The notes beneath the pieces were generated by a model that saw only the letters and a program-made list of their open reading frames with translations, did no database searches and was not told the origin of the DNA. A stretch of 64,000 nt of DNA from a bacterium. Lineage in GTDB: Bacteria > Bacillota > Clostridia > Oscillospirales > CAG-272. The position numbers and the translations under genes were made by a program. Positions 7,755 to 17,228 of the stretch are shown here, one piece after another; the first letter of the stretch is position 1, and every line of letters begins with the position of its first letter. Location: the NCBI GenBank assembly GCA_963642885.1, contig CAVIJI010000005.1, positions 22,185-86,184 of the forward strand. The letters run 5' to 3'.

Positions 7755-10073
7755 TTATCCGATTTCGATATCGACTCTTGCGGCCTGCAGACCGTCTGCG
7801 TATGCGTACAGACGAAGAGTGCCGTTTGCTTTGCATTTTACCGCGGCGGATATTTTTCCCGCGAACATACGGCGTATGTTTGATTTGAGAGGTTCGTGAT
7901 CGAATACGGCTGAGCCCGTTCCGGATATTTCTCCGCACTTGTTAACCTCGAAGCGTACGACGGGATCGGCGTTCGGTACCTCTCTTCCGTCGGAATCGAC
8001 GGTGTAACACGTGTATATCGCGGTGTCTCCCGGTTTAACATCGGGCGTTTCGCATCTCAGCATGAGCTTAACGGGAGCACCTGTCGTTTCGTGAGCGTCA
8101 CGACAGCATTCCACGCCGCCGTGATAGCCTATGACTTCGAGTTTTCCGGGATTATATTCGATTTCCCATGCGGCGTGATCGTGAGTGCCGAGCTCGACCT
8201 TGCCGCGGCTGATACCGTCGACAAATAACTCCGCACAATCACAGTTCGTGTAGGCCCAGACTCGCATTATTTCGCCCTCATGTCCGGGGTGAGTCCAATG
8301 CGGCATCAGATGTATCATGGGTTCCTGTGTCCACAAGGCTTTGTTCAGCCAGAACGCGTCTTTTTTCAGTAAGAACATATCGATGGCACCCGAGCATGAG
8401 CACAGCCGCGGCCATGTTGACTCTCCGCGGTGATCGAAGCCGATCCATTGGTATGAGCCCATTACCCATTCGCGTTCGTCGATGAACTTCCACGTTCTTT
8501 CACGTCCTCTGAACCAGTCGTTCGAGTCGCGGTCGTAGCAGTTTGTCAGCCCCATGGCGGGAAAATCGTCGTAATACCAGCCGCGGGTAGAGGATGTGGC
8601 ACAGCACTCGGTGGAAACAACCGCTTTGTTCGGGAATTTGGCATGAACGGCATCGTATGAATCGAGACCGTAGTTTATTCCGACAATATCGAGATTGTCA
8701 TAAACCGTGGAGTTGTCGGGGCGATCGCACGCCGCGGTTACGGGACGGGTATCGTCAAGCTGTCTTGTACGTGCGAGAAGCGATTCGAGAATGCGTTTTC
8801 CTCTTTCTTCGGCAAACAGCATTTCCTCGTTTCCGATGCACCAGAAAAAGACCGACGGACGGTTGCGGTCACGCTTGATAAGCATTTCAAGCTGTTTTAT
8901 GCCTTCGGGCGATGATGTGAACCAGCGTATTTCATCGAGTACGATAAATCCCGCCTCATCCAGTGCATCCATCAGCGCTTCGGCCTGCGGATAGTGACTT
9001 GTTCTGTAGCCGTTTGCTCCCATTTCCGCGAGAAGCTTTACCTTGTATCCGAAGATGTTGTCCGTAACGGCTTTTCCCACAAGACCGCAGTCATAATGTC
9101 CGCACACACCGCATATTTTTTCGTGATGTCCGTTTACGTAGAGACCGTGTTCCGAATCGCATATTACCTCACGGTACCCGTATCTGTCGCCGACACTGTC
9201 GATTTCTTTTCCGTCGGATATAACGGATGTGACTGCGGTGTAGAGATGACCGTCGCCCACCTGCCACAATATGGGTGAGAAAACGTCCGTGCCGTATTTG
9301 ACAACGGTGTCCGCACGTGCCTCAAGCACACATTCGGCGGAGCATTCACCCGCGCTTACACCGTTTTCGTCGTACAGCACCGTTTTTATCAAGGCGTTTG
9401 CCGCCGATGACGTTGTGTTTTTTACCGTAACTTCAATATCCGTACGCCAGTTGTCCGAGTCCGTTTTACGGGGCTTTATATATACACCCCATAAATCAAC
9501 GCAAATCGGAGAAGTTTTTACAAGCCATACATGACGATAAATGCCTCCGCCTTCGTACCACCAGCTTTCGTGGTGAGTCGAATCGATGTATACCGCTATA
9601 ATGTTGTCCTTATCGAATAAAACAAAGTCTGTGATATCGACCTCGAACGATGTGTAGCCGCTGTAGTTGTGGTACAAAGGACATCCGTTTACATACACTG
9701 TCGACTGTCCGCTGACGCCCTCGAAATACAGTGTAATGCGTTTTGTTCGGTCTTCTTCGCTTAAACGAAAATGACGGCGGTACCATGCGTTATCGTATTT
9801 GAAAAATCCGAGAGTGTTGTTTTCTTCCTTGTCGATATTTCCCTCAACGACAAAGTCGTGCGGAAGATTTACCGTATCCCAGCGATCGGAATTGTATTCC
9901 ACACCTTGTCTGTAGTCATCGGGATTGTCGTTGTAGTCGTAGGAAGCCGCGCCCCATCTTTCGCGTACTGTTTTCGCTCCCGTGTATATAGGGCCTTTGG
10001 ATGTGGGCCTTTTTTTGATTATGTCGCCTCTGTGAAACAGCCAACCGCCGTCGAGATTTATTTTTTGTCTCAT
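7755..10073 (-). CDS. Glycoside hydrolase family 2 (beta-galactosidase / beta-glucuronidase-like)
   Basis: 772 aa. N-terminal sugar-binding motifs are LDGGWLF, VNLPHDF and AWYRRHF. It also has YVNG and the TIM-barrel stretch GYRTSHYP...WCIGNEE. Confidence 0.85.
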   Translation of the reverse strand: MRQKINLDGGWLFHRGDIIKKRPTSKGPIYTGAKTVRERWGAASYDYNDNPDDYRQGVEYNSDRWDTVNLPHDFVVEGNIDKEENNTLGFFKYDNAWYRRHFRLSEEDRTKRITLYFEGVSGQSTVYVNGCPLYHNYSGYTSFEVDITDFVLFDKDNIIAVYIDSTHHESWWYEGGGIYRHVWLVKTSPICVDLWGVYIKPRKTDSDNWRTDIEVTVKNTTSSAANALIKTVLYDENGVSAGECSAECVLEARADTVVKYGTDVFSPILWQVGDGHLYTAVTSVISDGKEIDSVGDRYGYREVICDSEHGLYVNGHHEKICGVCGHYDCGLVGKAVTDNIFGYKVKLLAEMGANGYRTSHYPQAEALMDALDEAGFIVLDEIRWFTSSPEGIKQLEMLIKRDRNRPSVFFWCIGNEEMLFAEERGKRILESLLARTRQLDDTRPVTAACDRPDNSTVYDNLDIVGINYGLDSYDAVHAKFPNKAVVSTECCATSSTRGWYYDDFPAMGLTNCYDRDSNDWFRGRERTWKFIDEREWVMGSYQWIGFDHRGESTWPRLCSCSGAIDMFLLKKDAFWLNKALWTQEPMIHLMPHWTHPGHEGEIMRVWAYTNCDCAELFVDGISRGKVELGTHDHAAWEIEYNPGKLEVIGYHGGVECCRDAHETTGAPVKLMLRCETPDVKPGDTAIYTCYTVDSDGREVPNADPVVRFEVNKCGEISGTGSAVFDHEPLKSNIRRMFAGKISAAVKCKANGTLRLYAYADGLQAARVDIEIG

Positions 10074-10094
10074 TTCGTTCTCCTTGTGAGTAAG

Positions 10095-11162
10095 TTATTG
10101 CGGCTTTCCGAGTGCTTCCTCGACTGCTTTGCCTATGCCGCATGCCATTCTGAAAAATCCGAGATCGTTCGGATGGCATCCGTCGACAGTACAGCTGTCA
10201 CGCATTTCACCGTCAAACAGATGTGAGCCGTCGACGAAGTATACGTTTTCGTCTCCGTCGTCAAGTGCGGTTTTATACGTCCGCATGACAGTTTCTCTGC
10301 GTTTTATGTCGTCACAGCTCAACGGATTGAAGTCGGGTTTTGTGACGAAAATCACAGGTGTGGTCGGATGCTTTTCGCGGAACGTGCGGTAAAGCGGATA
10401 GTGAGTTTTTTCGAGATGCTCGGGAGAGGGAGCGTTGTGGTCATAGTCGCACACGAAAACGGAAACATCAAGTGAGGCAAGGTACTCGGCAATGGCCTTT
10501 TCTCCGCGCGCACTGCCCGAGAAGCCGAGATTTATGTGGTCACACGAGAGCTTACGTGAAATCATTGCCTGATATGAGTTGCCGGGTCTTGACGCGCACC
10601 CGCCCTGAGTGATGGAGGAACCGTAATACAGAACGGGCTTTTCATAGGCGTACGCATCGGGTTCGCGTATTTCCGCAGAGGAGGAGAGACCTATATATAA
10701 TTCATCTACGGGGTCATAAAGCGGCATATTTATCACATATGTACGCATTACGGAATCCGTAGGCTTCCATGACGAATAACCGTGATTACGGTTTCCGGGC
10801 ATGAACGAGCCCGCATAGCTTTCTCTGCCGTCAACTACGGCGTAAAGGTCGAATCCCGACTGTCCGAGCATTGTAATGTGGGGCATTGTGCCGTTGTCGG
10901 GCATATACGCACGTATGGCGATGTACGGTGAATTTGTCGCGAAGCGTATTCTTCCTCCTGCCGTGTGGGTATTGAGCGCGGCTACGGAATCGGAAACGGC
11001 TTTTGCGGCATCGGCGGGCATACGAAGAAACGGCTTCCCATGCTCATGAACTGCGAGACCGTGTATTTTTACGGGTGCGTCCTTTGCGTCGATCCATACT
11101 ATATCGTTAAACGGTATATCGGTGACGACGGCTAAGTTTTGGTCGATATCGCTTATTTTCAT
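10095..11162 (-). CDS. SGNH/GDSL-family hydrolase (putative carbohydrate esterase) with an N-terminal beta-sandwich domain
   Basis: Block I is YYGSSITQGG. The C-terminal D-x-x-H is DGCHPND. A 21-nt gap separates it from the downstream GH2 gene on the same strand. Confidence 0.75.
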   Translation of the reverse strand: MKISDIDQNLAVVTDIPFNDIVWIDAKDAPVKIHGLAVHEHGKPFLRMPADAAKAVSDSVAALNTHTAGGRIRFATNSPYIAIRAYMPDNGTMPHITMLGQSGFDLYAVVDGRESYAGSFMPGNRNHGYSSWKPTDSVMRTYVINMPLYDPVDELYIGLSSSAEIREPDAYAYEKPVLYYGSSITQGGCASRPGNSYQAMISRKLSCDHINLGFSGSARGEKAIAEYLASLDVSVFVCDYDHNAPSPEHLEKTHYPLYRTFREKHPTTPVIFVTKPDFNPLSCDDIKRRETVMRTYKTALDDGDENVYFVDGSHLFDGEMRDSCTVDGCHPNDLGFFRMACGIGKAVEEALGKPQ

Positions 11163-11260
11163 AACAATTATTCCTTTCGATAGGCCAATATGAAGTTATA
11201 ATTAAGCTTATCACATATTGACTAAATAATCAACAGTCAAATCGGATAATTTGTCAAAAA

Positions 11261-12037
11261 TTATCCGAGAGCAACGTCAAGCGTCATCATAAGACTGAAA
11301 CCGACCGCGAAAAAGATTGTTCCTATATTGGAATGACTGCCCTGAGACATTTCGGGAATAAGCTCCTCTACGACAACATAAAGCATCGCTCCCGCGGCAA
11401 AGCTCAGCAGGTACGGAAGTGCGGGAGCAATATATGCGGCGGCAAGTACGGTAAGTGCGGCTCCTATCGGTTCAACTATGCCCGAGAGAATACCTCCGAG
11501 AAAAGCACGGCGTTTTTTCATTCCCTCGCTTCTGAGCGGCATGGATATAATCGCCCCTTCGGGAAAATTCTGTATGGCAATACCGAGCGATAACGCCAAA
11601 GCACCCGCTGTGCTTATATCCGCTTGTGACGAAACCAATCCCGCGAGAACAACGCCGACCGCCATACCCTCGGGTATATTGTGCAGTGTTACCGCAAGCA
11701 CCATCATTGTTGTTTTTGTGAGAGAGCTTTTCATACCTTCCTCTGTTCCGCTCATGGCGTGCAGATGAGGAATGATTTTATCAAGAGAAAGCAAGAACAG
11801 TATTCCGAGCCAGAAGCCCGTGACGGCCGGAATAAACGACAGCTTTCCCATCGAATCTGCTTGTTCGAGCGAGGGGATGAGAAGGCTCCACACCGATGCG
11901 GCAACCATTACACCCGCGGCAAAACCCGTAAGAGAACGGCGCAGATGCTCGCTCATTTCACGCTTCATGAAAAATACGCATGCGGCACCGAGAGAGGTCC
12001 CGAGAAAAGGAATAAGTATGCCGAGAAAGACTTCCAT
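11261..12037 (-). CDS. ZIP-family zinc/metal transporter (ZupT-like)
   Basis: The protein is polytopic. It has HNIPEGMAVG and IAIQNFPEGA motifs. Confidence 0.85.
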   Translation of the reverse strand: MEVFLGILIPFLGTSLGAACVFFMKREMSEHLRRSLTGFAAGVMVAASVWSLLIPSLEQADSMGKLSFIPAVTGFWLGILFLLSLDKIIPHLHAMSGTEEGMKSSLTKTTMMVLAVTLHNIPEGMAVGVVLAGLVSSQADISTAGALALSLGIAIQNFPEGAIISMPLRSEGMKKRRAFLGGILSGIVEPIGAALTVLAAAYIAPALPYLLSFAAGAMLYVVVEELIPEMSQGSHSNIGTIFFAVGFSLMMTLDVALG

Positions 12038-12277
12038 ATATATATGTATCCTTTCGAAAGATATGTTGTGGATTTAAGGATATGCCGTTAAGTATCCGAC
12101 AGCCCCATTATCATTATAACATTCCGAAAAGACAAATTCCGCTCCGATAGGATATAAACGGCGGTAAAATTACATATACAAAACAATTGTTTGCTTTCGT
12201 AAGTATATTTATTCATGAATACAATGTATAATATAATCGGAACGCGGATTCCGAAATAAAACGAAGGGGGGATGTAG

Positions 12278-12424
12278 TTGAAAATCAAAAGCAAAGCTGT
12301 GCTTCAGCTCGCGCTTATTGCACTCGGAGCGGTGCTTGTCACTGCGGGAGCAATGAGAGGAGAGGTTCAAACCGTTCTGTCTAAGGCGGTAAAGCTATGT
12401 CTCGAGTGTGTCGGAATTGGCTGA
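12278..12424 (+). CDS. Small membrane-anchored CXXC-motif protein (resembles the CD1871A family)
   Basis: Absent from the ORF track (48 aa). TTG start 7 nt after the GAAGGGGGG Shine-Dalgarno. Translation: [48 protein letters not shown]. It has one TM helix followed by C-L-E-C. Confidence 0.65.
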   Translation: MKIKSKAVLQLALIALGAVLVTAGAMRGEVQTVLSKAVKLCLECVGIG

Positions 12425-13328
12425 GAAACATAATTCTTTTTCGCGTATTTTGAGCAGGTACCGCCTGTTGGTACAAACGTGCTCGACCATTGTGACAAAC
12501 ATACATATCCCGAATTTTTTCGGCGGAGAAATATACCGCGGTAATTTTAAAAAGCTGTGTGTGCCGGTGCTTAACTGCTATTCGTGCCCGGGAGCCGCGG
12601 GTGCCTGCCCTATAGGTGCGTATCAGGCGGTTGCGGGATCCTCGAAATACGGCATATCGATGTATATTATCGGTTTTCTTATCCTTGTCGGAATGCTCCT
12701 CGGAAGGTTCGTGTGCGGTTTTCTGTGTCCCTTCGGTTTGCTCCAGGGCCTGATACACAAGATTCCTTTCAAGAAGTTTTCGACGAAAAAGCTGCATATT
12801 TTAACATATTCGAAGTATATTGTCCTGGTACTTATGGTGTTCACCCTCCCCGCCGTTGTCACGAACGAACTCGGAATGGGAAATCCGTTCTTTTGCAAAT
12901 ACCTGTGTCCGCAGGGAGTAATAGAGGGGGCGATTCCGCTTGCGCTGGCAAACGAAAGTATAAGAGGTGCGCTCGGAACACTGTTTACATGGAAGCTCGG
13001 AATACTTCTTGCGGTTGTTTTCGCAAGTCTTGTTTGGTACAGACCGTTCTGCAAGTGGCTGTGTCCTCTCGGCGCGTTTTACGCCGTGATGAACAAATTC
13101 ACACTTCTCGGAATGAAGGTGGACGGAGACAAATGCGTGTCCTGCGGAAAATGCGCGAAATCATGCCCGATGGATGTCGATATCACAAAGAATACGAATA
13201 GTGCCGAATGCATAAGATGCGGAAAATGCGTAACGGCTTGTCCGACAGAAGCGATAAAATACAGGTACGGTATCGGCGAAAAGGTAATCATACATAATGC
13301 CGACAAAGGAATAATTCGAAAAAAATAA
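12408..13328 (+). CDS. Polytopic 4Fe-4S-binding membrane protein (NapH/NosR-like polyferredoxin)
   Basis: Repeated CX3CP motifs are [27 protein letters not shown] and CKWLCPLG. The C-terminal 2x[4Fe-4S] motifs are [12 protein letters not shown] and [12 protein letters not shown]. The start overlaps the small CXXC ORF by 17 nt. Confidence 0.8.
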   Translation: MSELAEKHNSFSRILSRYRLLVQTCSTIVTNIHIPNFFGGEIYRGNFKKLCVPVLNCYSCPGAAGACPIGAYQAVAGSSKYGISMYIIGFLILVGMLLGRFVCGFLCPFGLLQGLIHKIPFKKFSTKKLHILTYSKYIVLVLMVFTLPAVVTNELGMGNPFFCKYLCPQGVIEGAIPLALANESIRGALGTLFTWKLGILLAVVFASLVWYRPFCKWLCPLGAFYAVMNKFTLLGMKVDGDKCVSCGKCAKSCPMDVDITKNTNSAECIRCGKCVTACPTEAIKYRYGIGEKVIIHNADKGIIRKK

Positions 13329-13358
13329 AATTCGTTTGCCGAAAAAAGGAGTAAAATC

Positions 13359-14249
13359 ATGAAAACGAAGAAAATAGCGGCTGTTATACTGTCCGTGCTG
13401 ATGCTTATAACAGCGGTATCATGCGCGAAGAAAGAAGAAAGCATGACGGAGGAAGAAATACAGAACGCCATGAATGAGCTTTATGCGGAAGAAAACGAGC
13501 TGTTCGGCACTCATGCGGAACAGTGGGAGGTTGTTTTCGCGAACATGGACAAAGAGTCCGTTATGAACAACACCGACGATTACGCAACGTTTCTCGGTAA
13601 GAGTATAGATGCGTGTCAAAGTCTGTTCACCGCCGATGATCTGGCGATTCTCAAAGAGGATGTCGAAAAAATAAGGGAAATCGAAGAACAAATATCCGAA
13701 CTCAGTGAAAAAACGGCATCGGCATCGGATTCGTCATCGGTTTCCATGACAGCTTTTCCGAGCTTTGTCGGCAAGGATTTTGACGGCAACGATGTCGACA
13801 GCGGAATTTTCGCCGAAAATTCCGTCACGGTAATTAACTTCTGGTTCAACGGCTGTTCTCCGTGCGTGAATGAACTCGGAGATTTGAACGCGCTGAACGA
13901 ATCACTTAAGGAACGCGGCGGCGAGCTTATCGGAATAAACGTCGAAGCGTTTGACGGAAACGAAAGCATCATAACCGAAGCGAAATCGATTCTCGCATCG
14001 AAAAACGCGTCTTACAGAAACATATACTTTGACTCGAACAGCGAGGCGGGACAATACGCGGCGCAGATTATGGCGTTCCCGACGACTGTATTCGTCGACA
14101 GACAGGGGAATATCATCGGCGACCCGATAGTCGGAAGCATTAACGATGATGAGGGCATGAAAAAAGTGAACGAACGTATCGACGAGATAATCGCGGCGGA
14201 TGAAGTGAGTGCAAACGCGACTGTTATATCGGGCTATGTGGAAGGATAA
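13359..14249 (+). CDS. Lipoprotein with a TlpA/ResA-like thioredoxin-fold domain (thiol:disulfide oxidoreductase)
   Basis: The signal peptide plus lipobox is MKTKKIAAVILSVLMLITAVSC. The Trx-fold motif is VINFWFNGCSPCVNELGDL, with active site C-S-P-C. Confidence 0.8.
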   Translation: MKTKKIAAVILSVLMLITAVSCAKKEESMTEEEIQNAMNELYAEENELFGTHAEQWEVVFANMDKESVMNNTDDYATFLGKSIDACQSLFTADDLAILKEDVEKIREIEEQISELSEKTASASDSSSVSMTAFPSFVGKDFDGNDVDSGIFAENSVTVINFWFNGCSPCVNELGDLNALNESLKERGGELIGINVEAFDGNESIITEAKSILASKNASYRNIYFDSNSEAGQYAAQIMAFPTTVFVDRQGNIIGDPIVGSINDDEGMKKVNERIDEIIAADEVSANATVISGYVEG

Positions 14250-14583
14250 CCGTACGAAACAATATAAAACCGAGCATTACGTATTCAATTACAATGCCGA
14301 TTCGAAGGCGGAAGAGGATATTTCGAAAATATCGCGGCTTCAGGAATCATGCTTCGGTTATATATGTAATGTTTTAAAGACCGAGCCGACGTTTAAAATC
14401 GAATATTACCTATGCGAAACGCCCGAGGAGGTCGGACGTCTTTACGGAGACAACGAACCGTGCAACGGATTTGCTTCCTCACCGAATGAAATATACGCCG
14501 TATACAACGAAAAGACAAAATGCGTCGGCTTTCACGAGGATGACCACATAATAAGCTATACCGTAAGACACCGAATGAGCTGA
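14236..14583 (+). CDS. HExxH-motif (HEDDH) hypothetical protein, probably truncated or frameshifted
   Basis: The internal ATG at 14236 overlaps the upstream gene by 14 nt. The ORF ends 10 aa after the HEDDH motif. The +1 frame continues PNELNAMFTDYVKIFETDETLKHRMGELLSLYSNK* to 14677. Confidence 0.45.
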   Translation: MWKDNRTKQYKTEHYVFNYNADSKAEEDISKISRLQESCFGYICNVLKTEPTFKIEYYLCETPEEVGRLYGDNEPCNGFASSPNEIYAVYNEKTKCVGFHEDDHIISYTVRHRMS

Positions 14584-14688
14584 ATGCGATGTTTACCGAT
14601 TATGTGAAGATATTCGAAACAGACGAAACGCTGAAGCACAGAATGGGTGAATTATTAAGCCTGTACTCGAATAAATAAAGACAAGGAA

Positions 14689-14730
14689 AATCCGACCTGC
14701 GGTTAAATTTCACAGGTCGGATTTTCGTTT
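14689..14730 (+). terminator. Rho-independent terminator
   Basis: atccgacctg-N13-caggtcggat followed by tttcgtttt. Confidence 0.7.
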
Positions 14731-14843
14731 TACTCAAAATATATTTATAACATCAATCGAAGAATTCGGCATTGGTTTTATCAAGCACCTTTGATACAAA
14801 AATAGGTTTCAATTCGACACCGAAAAAGACGAAAATGTTAATA

Positions 14844-15368
14844 TTATTGCTTTTTGCGAGCTTCAACGTATTCCGCTATCTTTGACGCGCAGATTTCACT
14901 CGGTTCATCGGTTGAAACTATGATATCATACGCGCTGTCGTCCTTCGGTGTTATGTGCTCGTTTTGCCACAACGCTTTGCCGATGGTGCGGTTTCCTCTT
15001 TCTTTTTCACGGCGTACGAGGTTTTCCTCGGATATTTTTATTCTTACGAAAACGGTGGCGCATTCCTTCATTATTTCCCGCGATATTTCGTATATATCCT
15101 GCGTGTCGAACAGGCAGTTGTCTATAACAACGTCACGTCCGGTGTTTGCTATGGCGGCGGCGGATGAATACATTACGGTCAGAAAATCATGCTCGGCTTC
15201 GTTTTCGTCGGCAAAGGGAAACGAGTGCGGTGTCATATATCCGTCTACGATGTCGTATGAAAGATGATACAGCGGTGTTTTCCATATTTTCTGCAGATTT
15301 TTCGATAATGTGGTCTTGCCGCAGCTTGACGGGCCGTTTAAAACGATTATGATGCCTTTATTTTTCAT
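14844..15368 (-). CDS. P-loop kinase, chloramphenicol-phosphotransferase-like (CPT) family
   Basis: MKNKGIIIVLNGPSSCGKTTLSK contains the Walker A motif. The start is chosen at the internal ATG at 15368, which has GGAGG 10 nt upstream. The substrate is unknown. Confidence 0.6.
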   Translation of the reverse strand: MKNKGIIIVLNGPSSCGKTTLSKNLQKIWKTPLYHLSYDIVDGYMTPHSFPFADENEAEHDFLTVMYSSAAAIANTGRDVVIDNCLFDTQDIYEISREIMKECATVFVRIKISEENLVRREKERGNRTIGKALWQNEHITPKDDSAYDIIVSTDEPSEICASKIAEYVEARKKQ

Positions 15369-15570
15369 TGATACTGTTCCTCCGAATAATGGTGTGATTT
15401 GAATGATATCACCCGGGTGCACACGAAAATACTTTATAATGTGAATAAAAAGTAAAAAAGAAATGAGAACTGTCGGCTGACTGCATTTTCATTATGAAAA
15501 AATCTGCTTCTGTATCGCAAACAGCTACATATGTCATTCAAAACCGCACTAAATTGTTAAATTTATATAA

Positions 15571-15648
15571 TTGTGATTATTTTGTGATAAATGAACGTGA
15601 ATTTGTGATATAATTTTAACATCATAAAGAGATCGAATAATTTATCAC
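15571..15648 (+). promoter_or_regulatory. Extended -10 promoter embedded in phased TTGTGAT repeats
   Basis: TTGTGAT occurs at 15571, 15582 and 15603 (spacing 11 and 21 bp), and an inverted copy tttatcac lies at 15641. TGaTATAAT at 15606-15614 overlaps the third copy. Confidence 0.4.
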
Positions 15649-15658
15649 GGAGGTTTTA

Positions 15659-17167
15659 ATGAATAAAAGACTTACAGCTCTGATACTTGCCGGCATTATT
15701 CTGTGCTCGACGGTAGCATGCTCGAGCGGAACCGAAAATTCCGATAGCGGCAGCGAAACGACAGCGGATACCGCGGTGGCAGACACGCAGACCGAAACCG
15801 AAACGGCGGAACCGGACAATATGACGCCTGCGGAGGAACGCGCCCTTATTCCGGATGATCTTCCCGAGAAATCATTTGACGGACGCACATTCTCGATGGC
15901 TGTTGAAGCTAATAAGGCGTATGAAATAGTTTCCGATGAGCTTATAGGTGAGGCTACATCGGATGCGGTATACGACAGAAACATTAGAATCGAAGACCGT
16001 TTCGATGTTAAAATCAATGCCATTCCGACGAGTGAGCCGCACAACAAGATGAAAACCGAGGTAACGGCGGGAACAAATTCATTTCAGGCGGCGGGATTCT
16101 GGAATTTCGTGTCCTATGTACCGATTATGGCAAAGGTTGTATACAACTGGTGCGACATACCGTATATAAACCTCGATCAGCCCTGGTACAACAAGATGTC
16201 AAATGACGATGCAACGATAAACGGTAAGCTTTACGTTATAAACGGCGACCTTTCCATATCCACGCTTCTGTATACATACGGTATGTTCTTCAATTACAAT
16301 ATTATGGACAGATACGGCTATACCGGAGATGACCTTTACAATATGGTATTCGACGGCACATGGACCGTAGACAAAATGCACTCGATTACAACCAATATCT
16401 ACGAGGACACAAACGGTGACGGCTTGCATGACCGCGATGACGTTCACGGATATTCGGTATACCTCGGTTTAAACACGAGTGACGTATGGCTTGCCGCGTT
16501 TGATCTTGATGTTATTGATGTACATGATGACGGTACATTCGAAATCACATTTCTCAACGAAAAGACTGTTTCAGCACTTGAAAAGGCAATTACTCTGACA
16601 TATGATGAGAACGGCACGTACTGTAACACCAATGACTGGCGTGATGTACCGAAGGCATTCGGAGAGGGTAAAATCGCCATGTCCCAGCTTTATTTCGGTG
16701 AAACTACGGAATCTCTGAGTGATATGGAAGATAAATACGGTATTCTTCCTCTTCCGAAGTTCGATGAGGCTCAGACGGATTACTACACCAATGCGTGGGA
16801 CCAGTTCTCCGTATTCGCTATTCCGAAGACGATTTCAGAGGAAGACAAGGAGCTTCTCGGTGTGATTTTCGAAGCACTTAACGCGGAATCGTATAAAACC
16901 GTTTATCCGGCATATTACGACCAGGCACTCAAGAGCCGTTACTCGGCAGAAGCTACCACTGCCGAAATCATCGATATAATCATGAGAGGACGTAAGCTTG
17001 AGTTTGCATTCCAGTTCGGCGAACAGACGGCATCTCTTCCGTATAAGTTCCGTCAGCTCCTTCAGCAAAACAAAACTGATCTTGCGTCTACATTCAAAAC
17101 TATAGAAAAAACGGCAACCAAGACATTCCAGAAGGTTATGGATGTTTACTACGGCTCGGAAGAATAA
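15659..17167 (+). CDS. Extracellular solute-binding lipoprotein (ABC-type sugar-binding family), paralog 1
   Basis: The lipobox is LCSTVAC. Motifs shared with 33965..35467 and 41039..42556 are DAVYxRNI, QPWY/PWW, DGTWT/EGKWT, the DxNGDG calcium-like loop and LPLPKFDEAQ. Confidence 0.75.
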   Translation: MNKRLTALILAGIILCSTVACSSGTENSDSGSETTADTAVADTQTETETAEPDNMTPAEERALIPDDLPEKSFDGRTFSMAVEANKAYEIVSDELIGEATSDAVYDRNIRIEDRFDVKINAIPTSEPHNKMKTEVTAGTNSFQAAGFWNFVSYVPIMAKVVYNWCDIPYINLDQPWYNKMSNDDATINGKLYVINGDLSISTLLYTYGMFFNYNIMDRYGYTGDDLYNMVFDGTWTVDKMHSITTNIYEDTNGDGLHDRDDVHGYSVYLGLNTSDVWLAAFDLDVIDVHDDGTFEITFLNEKTVSALEKAITLTYDENGTYCNTNDWRDVPKAFGEGKIAMSQLYFGETTESLSDMEDKYGILPLPKFDEAQTDYYTNAWDQFSVFAIPKTISEEDKELLGVIFEALNAESYKTVYPAYYDQALKSRYSAEATTAEIIDIIMRGRKLEFAFQFGEQTASLPYKFRQLLQQNKTDLASTFKTIEKTATKTFQKVMDVYYGSEE

Positions 17168-17174
17168 ACATTAA

Positions 17175-17219
17175 AGATAAGAAAGGGACTTCCTTTAAAG
17201 GAAGTCCCTTTTCTTATCT
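17175..17219. terminator. Bidirectional terminator (long near-perfect palindrome)
   Basis: agataagaaagggacttcc-tttaaa-ggaagtcccttttcttatct, between convergent genes. Confidence 0.7.
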
Positions 17220-17228
17220 TAGTTAAAA

